A DNA stretch of 64,000 nt, taken from assembly GCA_000505065.1 (NCBI GenBank), contig AWSN01000001.1:559929-623928 (forward strand). The letters run 5' to 3'. Positions within the stretch are counted from its first letter, which is position 1. Every line of letters starts with the position of its first letter. Shown here one piece after another: positions 10,187 through 19,444 of this stretch. The notes under the pieces were generated by a model. The model saw only the letters and a list, made by a program, of their open reading frames with translations, was not told where the DNA came from and ran no database searches. Both the position numbers and the translations under genes were made by a program. The DNA is from Parcubacteria bacterium RAAC4_OD1_1 (GTDB lineage Bacteria; Patescibacteriota; Minisyncoccia; Phycocordibacterales; UBA9973).

Positions 10187-10678
10187 ATGGAAGAAAATAT
10201 CAATAAAGAAAATAATTCACCAAAAGGTATAGTTCATGTGATTTTGTCATATGAATATTCTTTGTTTTTAATTGCTATAATTTTAGGTATTCTCTGTGAT
10301 CATATTTTTCATACAAAAATTATAGATAGTATCGATCTTTCTTATATGGGAATATTTATGATATTTATTGGATCTAGTTTGGTGTATTGGGCTCAAAGAT
10401 CAACAAGTGTATCTAAATCTAAAACCGAAGAAGAAAGGAAAACAGATTTCTTTTACAAGGGTCCATATAAATACAATCGTAACCCCACACATTTTGGACT
10501 TTTTGTAATGTCTTTAGGATTAGGATTTATTTTAAATTCAGTTTTTTCTATTATTTTTATTTTTATAATACATTTAATAGCCAAGCGCACTTTTCTTAAA
10601 AAACAAGATAAAATTTTAGAAGAGAGATATGGGGAGAGTTTTTCTTCTTATAAAAATAAAGTTAAAGATTGGATATGA
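10187..10678 (+). CDS. Isoprenylcysteine carboxyl methyltransferase (ICMT)/phospholipid methyltransferase-like membrane protein
   Basis: 163 aa; multi-TM; C-terminal YKYNRNPTHFG motif resembling ICMT family RHPxY. Confidence 0.45.
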   Translation: MEENINKENNSPKGIVHVILSYEYSLFLIAIILGILCDHIFHTKIIDSIDLSYMGIFMIFIGSSLVYWAQRSTSVSKSKTEEERKTDFFYKGPYKYNRNPTHFGLFVMSLGLGFILNSVFSIIFIFIIHLIAKRTFLKKQDKILEERYGESFSSYKNKVKDWI

Positions 10679-11304
10679 TATATGTCTTGGTTGGAGGTGA
10701 AATAAAAGAAAGAAATATTTTTCTTAACAAAAATATTAAAAAAGGCCTCACTCCTATATTTTTGGATGTTTTAAATAAAGAGGTTATTTTAAATGAAGCA
10801 CTTAGTGTATCTTTTTTTGAGAATGATAATTTTTTTATAATTGATAATATTATTAGTGAAGGCAAAATTCTCTTTGACGATGAAGATCTTAAAATTATAA
10901 ATGATTCTGAGAAACTTTTTGTATTTAAAGAAGATAAAATTACAGCAGTAAATGAAAAGAAATTTAAAAAGTTTTCTAAAATAGAGTTTTTTGAAAACAA
11001 GGTGATAAAATTAAAAAAGGACAATACTTTTTTAATAGCAGAATATTTTGGATTTAATAATAAACTTAAAACATGGATAATATACAGAAGTTTGATTGAT
11101 GGGGGGATAGAGCCAGAAGCTATTTCAGGGATACTTTTTTGGAAGATAAAGGCTATGTTGCTTTATGGAACTAAATTTTTTACAAAAGATATTTTAAAAA
11201 AGATGTCATCTTCTCTGGTTTCTATTTATCATGAAGCTCATAGGGGGGAGTCTGATATGACTATTTCTCTTGAGAAATTTATTCTTTCCTCACTTAATAA
11301 ATAA
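10669..11304 (+). CDS. Hypothetical protein (weak resemblance to DNA pol III delta HolA N-terminus)
   Basis: 211 aa; MIYVLVGGEI start; no strong motif. Confidence 0.3.
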   Translation: MDMIYVLVGGEIKERNIFLNKNIKKGLTPIFLDVLNKEVILNEALSVSFFENDNFFIIDNIISEGKILFDDEDLKIINDSEKLFVFKEDKITAVNEKKFKKFSKIEFFENKVIKLKKDNTFLIAEYFGFNNKLKTWIIYRSLIDGGIEPEAISGILFWKIKAMLLYGTKFFTKDILKKMSSSLVSIYHEAHRGESDMTISLEKFILSSLNK

Positions 11305-11322
11305 ATGATATAATAAGATTAT

Positions 11323-11580
11323 ATGGAACCAATATTAAAATCAGAAATATTTTTCTTTATTAGCTCTGTCGCTGTAATTTTATTTACAGTTGTTTTTCTT
11401 ATTTTTGGATTTTATCTTATTAAGATAATGAGAAATTTTTCTCATATATCAGACAAGTTAAAAAAAGGGGTCGATAATGCATCTGCTTCACTTGAAGAAG
11501 TGGGGGAGAGTATAAAAGAAAGCAAATTATTTTCTTTTATATTTGGAGATCAAAAGAAAAAGAAAAAAAGTCGTAATTAA
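11323..11580 (+). CDS. Small membrane protein
   Basis: 85 aa, one N-terminal TM helix. Confidence 0.4.
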   Translation: MEPILKSEIFFFISSVAVILFTVVFLIFGFYLIKIMRNFSHISDKLKKGVDNASASLEEVGESIKESKLFSFIFGDQKKKKKSRN

Positions 11581-11600
11581 AAATTAATTTAAAAAATAAA

Positions 11601-11957
11601 ATGGTAAATAGTAAAACAAATAAAAAGAGTATGAGTGTAGGTAAGGCTATAGGAGTAGGAGCATCTGTTGCAGCACTTTCTGCTGCTGCGTATCTACTTT
11701 TTGGACCAGAGGGTAAAAAGAATAGAAAGATAATAAAAGGTTGGTCTGTAAAAATGAAAGGTGAAATAATTGAAAAGCTTGAAAAAGCTAAAGATGTCAC
11801 CGAGCCGATTTATCATAAGGTTGTAGATGAGATATCATCAAAATACAAAAAGATGAAAAATATTGATCCAAAAGAATTAGAAGAAGTAATTGGTGAAATA
11901 AAGAAGCATTGGAAGGGTATGATAAAAGGATCAAAGCCAAAAGCAAAAAAGAAATAA
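11601..11957 (+). CDS. YtxH-like (DUF948-like) small protein
   Basis: 118 aa; N-terminal hydrophobic segment then GPEGKKNRK, Lys-rich. Confidence 0.4.
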   Translation: MVNSKTNKKSMSVGKAIGVGASVAALSAAAYLLFGPEGKKNRKIIKGWSVKMKGEIIEKLEKAKDVTEPIYHKVVDEISSKYKKMKNIDPKELEEVIGEIKKHWKGMIKGSKPKAKKK

Positions 11958-12232
11958 TACAAATTTAAAAGCGCCTTCGGGTGCTTTTAAAATATTTAGA
12001 CAAAAAGAAAAGGCTTAGGAGTCAGCCCTCAAAAATTTGAGAAATGGCTCCTAAGCCTTTTAGACTTTTAATAAAGAACAATTGTGTTTTTAATAATGAT
12101 AAACACAATATAATGAACTATTTTATAAAAAAACTTCCCCTAAATAATAACCCTATATACTGGGTGAGATTTGGGATATTTATAATTTCAAACTTGTTTA
12201 TATTATAACTCCTTATTTTAAATAAGTAAATT

Positions 12233-12463
12233 GGGGGTGTGGATAAACCCCCACACCTACTTTTAGGTTGTTCTGCTTTTTTACAAGACAAAGATAATTA
12301 TATTTTATATATTTATTGAGTATATTAGATATTATTAATGTTTCTTTATTGGCAGAACTAAAAAGTTACCTAAAAGTGGGTGTGGGGGTAAACCGCATTA
12401 TATAATCAAAATAATGTTGTTTATTTTTCAAATTAATAAAAATATGGGTGTGGGGTAAACCCA
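12233..12463. repeat. Three copies of GGGTGTGGGG-containing motif (aaaaTATGGGTGTGGGGtaaacc) in a 620-bp AT-rich non-coding region upstream of tRNA-Lys
   Basis: 12233-12257 gggggtgtggataaacccccacacc (also contains TGTGGATAA); 12372-12394; 12439-12463. Confidence 0.6.
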
Positions 12464-12583
12464 TTGATTTTATCTATTAAATATGGTATTTTTTAAGGGT
12501 TATAGTTTTATCCGCTTATAGCTGTTTTGGTAGATATAAAGCTTAAATAACGGTTAGAGTTTAGTTTGTTGATAATTTTATAT

Positions 12584-12656
12584 CCGCTCGTAGCTCAGTC
12601 GGTAGAGCAGCTCCCTTTTAAGGAGATGGTCGTAGGTTCGATTCCTACCGAGCGGA
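12584..12656 (+). tRNA. tRNA-Lys (anticodon TTT)
   Basis: 7-bp acceptor ccgctcg/cgagcgg, D-arm gctcagtcggtagagc, anticodon loop cTTTTaa, T-arm ggttcgattcc, discriminator A; no encoded CCA. Confidence 0.85.
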
Positions 12657-12733
12657 CAATGATTATATTTTAAGGCTTATTTTTAAAAAAGCTCTATTTT
12701 TGACGACCACTTCCCTTTAAAAACAGGTCGTCA

Positions 12734-13651
12734 GTGTTTTATTTTTGGTTCAAAAAAATGGATATAGCAATTCTAGTTCACAAGTTCTGTGACTATTCAT
12801 CTTTCATTAAAGGATACTCATCTGCAACGATTAAGAGATATAAAAATACTGTTCTGAGTTACTGTAAGATAATGAAAGTATTTGAAATAAGCCAAGTAAA
12901 CGAAAATAATGTTCGTGAGTTATTTTATATAGGCAGAACAGAGCGAAAATGGTCAGCGAATACCTTTATAGTATACCATAAGACCCTTTTAGTATTCTTC
13001 CGTTGGTGTGTTAAACAAGGATATTTAACTAAGAATCCAATAGAAGATATAGAAAAACCAAAACTTGAAAATAAATTACCATTTAAACTAAATAAACAGA
13101 CGGCACTTAGATTATTGGAGATTGTATATAACTACCCATATGATAGTAAGTTCTTGAGATACAGAAATCATGCTATTTTTTCAACATTTATCTTTACTGG
13201 ATTAAGGAAGAAAGAGTTATTGAATCTTAAATTTACAGATGTAGATCTAGAAAACTTTACTATATTTGTAAAACAAGGGAAAGGAAATAAGGACCGTATT
13301 GTTCCTATGAGTTATACTTTGGCCCAAACATTAAAAAGATATGTGGAGGAAAGAAAAAGATTCAATAAAACATGTCCTGAATTCTTTGCTTCATCAAGAG
13401 AAAATATGGGATTTACTGATAATGGACTAAAAAAATTAGTAGAACAGATGAGAGAGAAATCAAAGATAAAATTTACTGTTCATAAATTAAGACATACCTT
13501 TGCAACTCTTATGCTTGAGGGTGGATGTGATATCTACTCTCTATCTCGTATGATGGGACACTCTGATATAAAAACAACAACAATTTACTTATCTGCTAGT
13601 GCAGAACATTTAAGAGGACAGATCACAAAACATCCATTAAATGATATATAA
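12734..13651 (+). CDS. Tyrosine recombinase/integrase (XerC/D-like)
   Basis: 305 aa; C-terminal HKLRHTFATLMLEGGCDIYSLSRMMGHSDIKTTTIYL (R-H-R-Y catalytic signature); may start at internal MDIAIL (12767). Confidence 0.85.
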   Translation: MFYFWFKKMDIAILVHKFCDYSSFIKGYSSATIKRYKNTVLSYCKIMKVFEISQVNENNVRELFYIGRTERKWSANTFIVYHKTLLVFFRWCVKQGYLTKNPIEDIEKPKLENKLPFKLNKQTALRLLEIVYNYPYDSKFLRYRNHAIFSTFIFTGLRKKELLNLKFTDVDLENFTIFVKQGKGNKDRIVPMSYTLAQTLKRYVEERKRFNKTCPEFFASSRENMGFTDNGLKKLVEQMREKSKIKFTVHKLRHTFATLMLEGGCDIYSLSRMMGHSDIKTTTIYLSASAEHLRGQITKHPLNDI

Positions 13652-13774
13652 AAGGCTTATTTATTAGAAATATAAATTCATAGCTGACATTTTATTGATT
13701 ATGTTTTATAAATATATATAGTGCTGTTTTTTAATATGGTACATGATATAATCAAGAGTATCAAAATAAAAATT

Positions 13775-14836
13775 ATGAGAAAATTAAAAGTAGTAGATCT
13801 ATTTTCTGGTTGTGGTGGGTTAAGTTTGGGTTTTGAGATGGCTGGTTTTGATATTATTGGTGGAATTGATTTCGATAAAGATTCAATAATAACTTTCCAA
13901 AAAAACTTTAAAAATTCAATTACATTTACAGAAGATATTAGAAAAATTCCAGATTCAATAATCAAAAAAACATATAAAGATGTTGATGTTTTAGTTGGTG
14001 GTCCTCCTTGTCAGGGTTTTAGTTCTGCTAATATGCACCAAAAGGATATAAAGGACGATAAAAGAAATCTATTATTTTTAGAATTTTTAAGATTTGTTAA
14101 AATTCTAAGACCAAAAGTAATTCTAATAGAAAATGTTAGCGGAATTTTAACTAAAAATGATAGTTTTGCTAAAAATGGTATTGAGAGCCAACTAACTGAT
14201 TTAGGGTATGAAGTATCTCAAAAAGTTCTTTTTGCTTCAAATTATGGTGTTCCGCAAAAAAGAAAAAGGAATTTTTTTATTGGAATAAAAAAAAGCTATA
14301 AAAAAAGTTTTGATTTTAATCTTTTACCTCAAAATAAAAAAAAGGTTACAGTAGAAGAAGCCATCAGTGATTTATATGCATTAGAGAAAGGAATTAATAA
14401 TAAATTACCTGTTCTTTCTGATTATCAAAAATTGATGAGAAAAAATAGTAATAACAAAATTCTAAATCACGAAATAAGATATCCGAATGATGAAGTTATC
14501 AAAAGAATTAGATACGTGAAAGAGGGTGGAAACTGGCAAGATGTTCCAGAAAATTTATGGAAAACAAAAAGAAACAACCGTCATTCATCCGCTTACAGAA
14601 GATTAAATAGTAAAGATGTTTCTATAACCATAGATACAGGGCATATGAATTATTTCCATCCGAAATTTGATAGGACCCCCACTGTTAGAGAATCTGCGAG
14701 AATACAAAGTTTTCCTGATAATTTTGAATTTACTGGAAAAACAGGTTCTCAATTAAAACAAGTAGGTAATGCGGTGCCACCTATTTTAGCAAAAGAAATT
14801 GCTTTAATTATAAAAAAATATTTGGAAGAAAAATAA
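13775..14836 (+). CDS. DNA (cytosine-5)-methyltransferase, first of two
   Basis: Motif I DLFSGCGGLSLGF, motif IV GGPPCQGFS, motif VI ENV, motif X QVGNAVPP; ORF track start 13721, likely start MRKLKVV at 13775. Confidence 0.9.
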   Translation: MRKLKVVDLFSGCGGLSLGFEMAGFDIIGGIDFDKDSIITFQKNFKNSITFTEDIRKIPDSIIKKTYKDVDVLVGGPPCQGFSSANMHQKDIKDDKRNLLFLEFLRFVKILRPKVILIENVSGILTKNDSFAKNGIESQLTDLGYEVSQKVLFASNYGVPQKRKRNFFIGIKKSYKKSFDFNLLPQNKKKVTVEEAISDLYALEKGINNKLPVLSDYQKLMRKNSNNKILNHEIRYPNDEVIKRIRYVKEGGNWQDVPENLWKTKRNNRHSSAYRRLNSKDVSITIDTGHMNYFHPKFDRTPTVRESARIQSFPDNFEFTGKTGSQLKQVGNAVPPILAKEIALIIKKYLEEK

Positions 14837-14837
14837 T

Positions 14838-15878
14838 ATGAAAAATAAGATAATTGATTTATTTTCAGGTGTTGGAGGTTTAAGTTTGGGGTTTGAAAAT
14901 GCTGGATTTGATATAGCATTAGCTATTGATCATTGGGATGATTCAATAAAAACCTTCAATCACAACAGAAAAGATAAAGTTGGAACAACCAAAGATGTAT
15001 ACGATTTTACAGACCAAGAATTGAAAACTTTAAAAAAAGAAGTTATTGGCATTGTTGGTGGTCCTCCTTGTCAGGGTTTTAGTATGGTAGGAACCAGAGA
15101 CCACAAAGATAAGAGAAATAGTCTTTATTTAGAATTTGTAAGATTTGTTCAAATAATAGAACCAAAATTTTTTGTTTTGGAAAATGTTAAAGGTTTATTA
15201 ACTTTAAAAGGTGGATCTTTCAAGCAAGATATTATCAAAAGATTTTCAGATATAGGCTATAATGTAACATTCAAGATCTTAAGGGCTTCTGATTACGGAG
15301 TTCCCCAAAATAGAGATAGAGTTTTTTTTGTTGGCCTAAAAAAGAGTTATTTTAAAGATAAATTTTTTGAATTTCCTGATGTAAACAAGAAAATAGTAAC
15401 AACGGAAGAAGCTTTATCAGACCTTCTTGATGTTGAAGAAAAATCAGAAACTCAAAAATATAAAAAACCACCAAAAAGTGACTATCAAAAATTTATTAGA
15501 GAAAATTCATCTTTAATTTTTAATCATGAAATAACAAATCATTCGGATCAAACAGTTGATATTATAAGTAAAATACCAGATGGTGGTAATATAAAATCAA
15601 TTTCACAAGATTATTACAAGATTAGAAATTATAATACTGCTTTTAAAAGAATGAATAGTAAAAAACCATCAAATACTATTGATTGTGGACATAGAAATTA
15701 TTTTCACTACTGCAAAAATCGTATCCCTACTGTTAGAGAATCTGCGAGAATACAAAGTTTTCCTGATGTCTTTGAGTTTTTAGGTTCTAAAACAAGTCAA
15801 TACAAACAGGTTGGTAATGCCGTTCCACCACTTCTAGCTTATGCGGTTGCTAAAAAAATAAAGAAAATGCTATTATAA
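14838..15878 (+). CDS. DNA (cytosine-5)-methyltransferase, second of two
   Basis: 346 aa; DLFSGVGGLSLGF, GGPPCQGFS, ENV, QVGNAVPP; start overlaps stop of upstream methyltransferase (operon). Confidence 0.9.
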   Translation: MKNKIIDLFSGVGGLSLGFENAGFDIALAIDHWDDSIKTFNHNRKDKVGTTKDVYDFTDQELKTLKKEVIGIVGGPPCQGFSMVGTRDHKDKRNSLYLEFVRFVQIIEPKFFVLENVKGLLTLKGGSFKQDIIKRFSDIGYNVTFKILRASDYGVPQNRDRVFFVGLKKSYFKDKFFEFPDVNKKIVTTEEALSDLLDVEEKSETQKYKKPPKSDYQKFIRENSSLIFNHEITNHSDQTVDIISKIPDGGNIKSISQDYYKIRNYNTAFKRMNSKKPSNTIDCGHRNYFHYCKNRIPTVRESARIQSFPDVFEFLGSKTSQYKQVGNAVPPLLAYAVAKKIKKMLL

Positions 15879-15884
15879 TAGTAC

Positions 15885-17015
15885 ATGTTGCTATATAATT
15901 CTGTAGAAAATAAAACCTTATTATACGATACAGTTTTCAGAAAAAAGGCATCTTTTGAAGAAGATACTGAGCTTACAATTATAACTGGATATATTGGTTT
16001 TTCTACACCAGAAGGACTTTCAAAATTGGGATTTAAAAATACAAAAGTCATTATTGGTATGTATGGTTCTAGTGTTAGCCCTGACATGCATTCTATATTA
16101 TTGAGAATTCAGAAACAAAATACCAATATAAAATTTTTTTATACAAGCAGTAAAATACACTCAAAAATATACATATGGCACAAAGGAAACAGTATAAAAG
16201 AATATGCTATTGGTAGTGCTAATTTTTCTTCCGCTACTGCATTGGTTGAAAATTTATACAGAGAAACACTGGATTTATTCCCTACAGAAATAGAATCGGA
16301 AGAAAAAATTAATCAATATATTAAGGACATCAATAGTTTTTTGGTTCCTATTGATAATTATACAGCTACATTAGGAGCAACACAAAGAGAAAGACATTTA
16401 TTAGTTGAGGAAAGGGGTAGAATTTTATCTCTATTGTCTTCTAAATCAACACCGACAAAACCTAATATAATTGGAGCAACCACAATAGCAGGAGGTGTTT
16501 CTGTTTCAAGTGGATTAAATTGGGGATATTCAAATGGATTACCATTATTAGGAGATGCATATATTGCTATTAGTGCTGAATTTATAAAAAATAATCCTGA
16601 TATTATCCTTCCTAAACAAAAAGAAGAAAATGTCCCAATTGAAGTGCTTTGGGATGATGGCACAACAATGTTAATGTTAATGGAAGGTAATATGGGTACA
16701 GATATTTTATATCCAAAACAAATATCATCTTATAATAACAAATCATTATTAGGATCTTATTTAAGAAAAAGAATTGGTGAAAAAATAAACAAAAATTTAG
16801 AATTTACAGAAGAAGAAATAAGTGAGATCAAAAAACATAAATATCTATTAAGAAAAGAAGAAGCAACTAATATAGATGTACAAATTTTTAATTCAATTAA
16901 AACAAAACTAATTACAAAAGATATGTTAGATGAATATGGAAGAACGACTATAGACATAAAAAAGCTAGATGACGGTTCTTTTTATTTTGATTTCGGAGCA
17001 AGAAATAATGACTAG
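15885..17015 (+). CDS. Putative restriction endonuclease, phospholipase-D (Nuc/BfiI-like) family
   Basis: 376 aa immediately after the two methyltransferases; N-terminal HSKIYIW...GSANFS resembles the PLD HxK...GSxN motif. Confidence 0.55.
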   Translation: MLLYNSVENKTLLYDTVFRKKASFEEDTELTIITGYIGFSTPEGLSKLGFKNTKVIIGMYGSSVSPDMHSILLRIQKQNTNIKFFYTSSKIHSKIYIWHKGNSIKEYAIGSANFSSATALVENLYRETLDLFPTEIESEEKINQYIKDINSFLVPIDNYTATLGATQRERHLLVEERGRILSLLSSKSTPTKPNIIGATTIAGGVSVSSGLNWGYSNGLPLLGDAYIAISAEFIKNNPDIILPKQKEENVPIEVLWDDGTTMLMLMEGNMGTDILYPKQISSYNNKSLLGSYLRKRIGEKINKNLEFTEEEISEIKKHKYLLRKEEATNIDVQIFNSIKTKLITKDMLDEYGRTTIDIKKLDDGSFYFDFGARNND

Positions 17016-17074
17016 TTTTTAAATGATTTGTCATCTATCACACCATAATGATATAATAAATTTACAATCAAATA

Positions 17075-17225
17075 GTTAGTTATCAAGAGTATGGCGAGAG
17101 TATTGGCTCAATGACCCATCAGCAACCTGCAGAAACAAGGTGCTAAATCCAACCAAATAGTGGAAACACTATATGGAAAGATAAGACTAGTCATCTATCT
17201 TTCCTCTTATTAGAGGAATTTTTTA
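17075..17225 (+). promoter_or_regulatory. SAM-I riboswitch with intrinsic terminator expression platform, upstream of metK
   Basis: TTATCAAGAG...GGCGAGAG..TGGCTCAATGACCC..AGCAACC...GGTGCTAAATCC...AAGATAAGA matches the SAM-I core; then hairpin cctcttattagagg plus T6. Confidence 0.8.
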
Positions 17226-17238
17226 ATTCAAAAATAAT

Positions 17239-18204
17239 ATGAAGAAAACAGCAGAGTGTGTAAGTCCAATGCATCCAGATAAAATTTGCGATTTCATTGC
17301 AGATAATATTTTAGATGCATATCTAGAAGAAGATAAAAATAGTCGTTGTGCCATTGAAGTCATGGGAGGCCATAACCTTATTACAATAAATGGAGAAGTA
17401 ACATCAGGAGCTACCCCAGATATAGAAAAAGTAGTAAAAAGTTTAGTGGGTAATAATTTCAAGGTTATTTGTAATATAGTTAAACAGAGTCCAGAAATAG
17501 CTCGAGGTGTAGTTTCGGGTGGAGCTGGTGACCAAGGGATAATGAAAGGTTATGCTACAAGTGAAACCTCTTCCCTTATGCCATTAGAGTATGAACTTGC
17601 TAGAAGTTTATGTAATTATATCTATGATAAATATCCTTATGATGGAAAAACTCAAATTACTACAGAAAATGGATGTATTAATACGATTATTGCCAGTTTT
17701 CAAAATGCCCCCAAAAAAGAATTGGAAAAACTTGTTATGGAATGGTTTAAAAAACATGGAACAAAATCAAATAAAATATTTCAATATGAGGTATTTATAA
17801 ACCCAGCTGGAGATTGGTCTTTAGGTGGTTTTGATGCAGACACAGGACTTTCTGGTAGAAAGCTTATTGTTGATAACTATGGACCAGAAATACCTATTGG
17901 TGGTGGGTCATTCTCTGGTAAAGATTATACAAAAGTTGATCGTTCAGGTGCTTATATGGCTCGTAAAATAGCAGTTGATCTTCTTAAAAAACATAAAGCA
18001 AAAGAGGTCCATACTAAACTAGCATATGCTATTGGTAAAGCAGAACCAGTAATGGCAGTAGCTAGTATTGATGGACTTGAAATAGAAATTAAGGGTTATG
18101 ATTTAACACCCAAAGGAATATATGAATACTTAAATTTACAAGAAGTAAAATTCTCTAAAACTTCTAACTGGGGACATTTTGGAAGAGATTTCACTTGGAA
18201 TTAA
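17239..18204 (+). CDS. metK: S-adenosylmethionine synthetase, compact form (321 aa)
   Basis: SPMHPDKICDFIAD (GHPDK motif), GGAGDQGIMKGYA, IGGGSFSGKDYTKVDRSGAYMARKIA. Confidence 0.85.
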   Translation: MKKTAECVSPMHPDKICDFIADNILDAYLEEDKNSRCAIEVMGGHNLITINGEVTSGATPDIEKVVKSLVGNNFKVICNIVKQSPEIARGVVSGGAGDQGIMKGYATSETSSLMPLEYELARSLCNYIYDKYPYDGKTQITTENGCINTIIASFQNAPKKELEKLVMEWFKKHGTKSNKIFQYEVFINPAGDWSLGGFDADTGLSGRKLIVDNYGPEIPIGGGSFSGKDYTKVDRSGAYMARKIAVDLLKKHKAKEVHTKLAYAIGKAEPVMAVASIDGLEIEIKGYDLTPKGIYEYLNLQEVKFSKTSNWGHFGRDFTWN

Positions 18205-18228
18205 GAATTGGTGATATAATCATAAAAT

Positions 18229-18735
18229 ATGAGTTATATAAAATATTACAACTTGGAACAATATATATTCCAAGATGTTGGACCAAATTTTAGAAAGACA
18301 GGTAAAATTACCATAGAGGATTTTTTCTGTATAGTAATTTGGAAGGCAAATAGAGCTAAAACCAACATAAGAAAAAAATTATCTAAAAATACGACACTAA
18401 GTAAATCTATAATAAGTATTTCAGATGATATATATAATGCCCATTCAAAAGAAGAAAAACTAGAGATAATGATAAAGAAATGGAAGTTTGGATTTCCAAT
18501 GGCTACAGCTATTTTAACTGTATTATATCCAGAAGATTTCACTGTATATGACTATCGAGTACGAGGACAATTAAAAATAGAAAATATTTATAGCGTAGAT
18601 AAATATTTTAGTAAGTTTTTACCAAAAGTTAAAAAATATGCAGATTCTTTGGGTGAAAATTTAAGGAATACAGATAAGGAATTGTGGGGAAAATCTTTCT
18701 ATGAAGATCTTCAAAAACTAATAAAAAATGATTAA
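18229..18735 (+). CDS. Hypothetical protein; paralog of 41051..41659; possible HhH-GPD-like DNA glycosylase fold
   Basis: 168 aa; LEIMIKKWKFGFPMATAILTVLYPEDFTVYDYRV aligns with LEILKKCFNNSLVGSSKILHFINPDKFAIWDSRV of the other gene and loosely with Nth LPGVGRKTANVVL...IAVDTHIFRV. Confidence 0.35.
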   Translation: MSYIKYYNLEQYIFQDVGPNFRKTGKITIEDFFCIVIWKANRAKTNIRKKLSKNTTLSKSIISISDDIYNAHSKEEKLEIMIKKWKFGFPMATAILTVLYPEDFTVYDYRVRGQLKIENIYSVDKYFSKFLPKVKKYADSLGENLRNTDKELWGKSFYEDLQKLIKND

Positions 18736-19444
18736 TGCTAACCTACTAAACGATAGAATAAAAAACTTTTTTGGATACGGTAGTCTAGATTCTACTGTCT
18801 GGTTTGTTGGTATGGAAGAAGGATTAAACCCAGGTATTGATGTAAAAGAATTAGAACTTCGTTTTCTTTCAGCATTTGGGAATGTAACTATTGATATGAG
18901 AAAAGATATGTCTAGGTTAGAAGGACATATGAAATGGTTTAAAAAAGATTCTCCAATACAAGCAACTTGGAAATATCCTATTGCTCTATATCTGTATCTT
19001 AAAAATAATAGAATCCCTACAAAAGAAGAAATTAGAGAACATCAAGGATTAGTACTTGGTGATAAAGAAAAGAAAGAAAGCACAACAATAGAATTAATGC
19101 CATTACCTTCAAATAAAGCTAACCAATCTACTTGGTTATATAAGAAATATAATGTTCCTGGTTTAAATTCAAGAAAAGAATATCTTGAAATGTATAAACC
19201 AGAAAGGGTTCAGAAATTAAAGAAACTAATAGAGAAGCACCGACCTAAACTAGTTATATTTTACTCTCTTACTTATTTACCAGAATGGACCGAGATTATA
19301 GGTGTTAATCCAAAAGAAATAACGAAACAAATGTATTTTATTAAGAAAAGTAATACTAGCTTTTGCATATTACCTCAAGGAGCTTCCCACGGTATGTCTT
19401 ATACAAGAGTTTATGAATATGGAGATAAAATAAAAACTCTCTAA
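18728..19444 (+). CDS. Hypothetical protein
   Basis: 238 aa ORF, no recognised motif. Confidence 0.4.
   Translation: MINANLLNDRIKNFFGYGSLDSTVWFVGMEEGLNPGIDVKELELRFLSAFGNVTIDMRKDMSRLEGHMKWFKKDSPIQATWKYPIALYLYLKNNRIPTKEEIREHQGLVLGDKEKKESTTIELMPLPSNKANQSTWLYKKYNVPGLNSRKEYLEMYKPERVQKLKKLIEKHRPKLVIFYSLTYLPEWTEIIGVNPKEITKQMYFIKKSNTSFCILPQGASHGMSYTRVYEYGDKIKTL

Noticed and set aside
11960-12580. AT-rich 620-bp non-coding region with a perfect DnaA-box-like TGTGGATAA, considered as oriC
   Set aside because: There is only one good 9-mer, no dnaA or dnaN nearby and no clustered boxes. The GGGTGTGGGG motif explains the match better.
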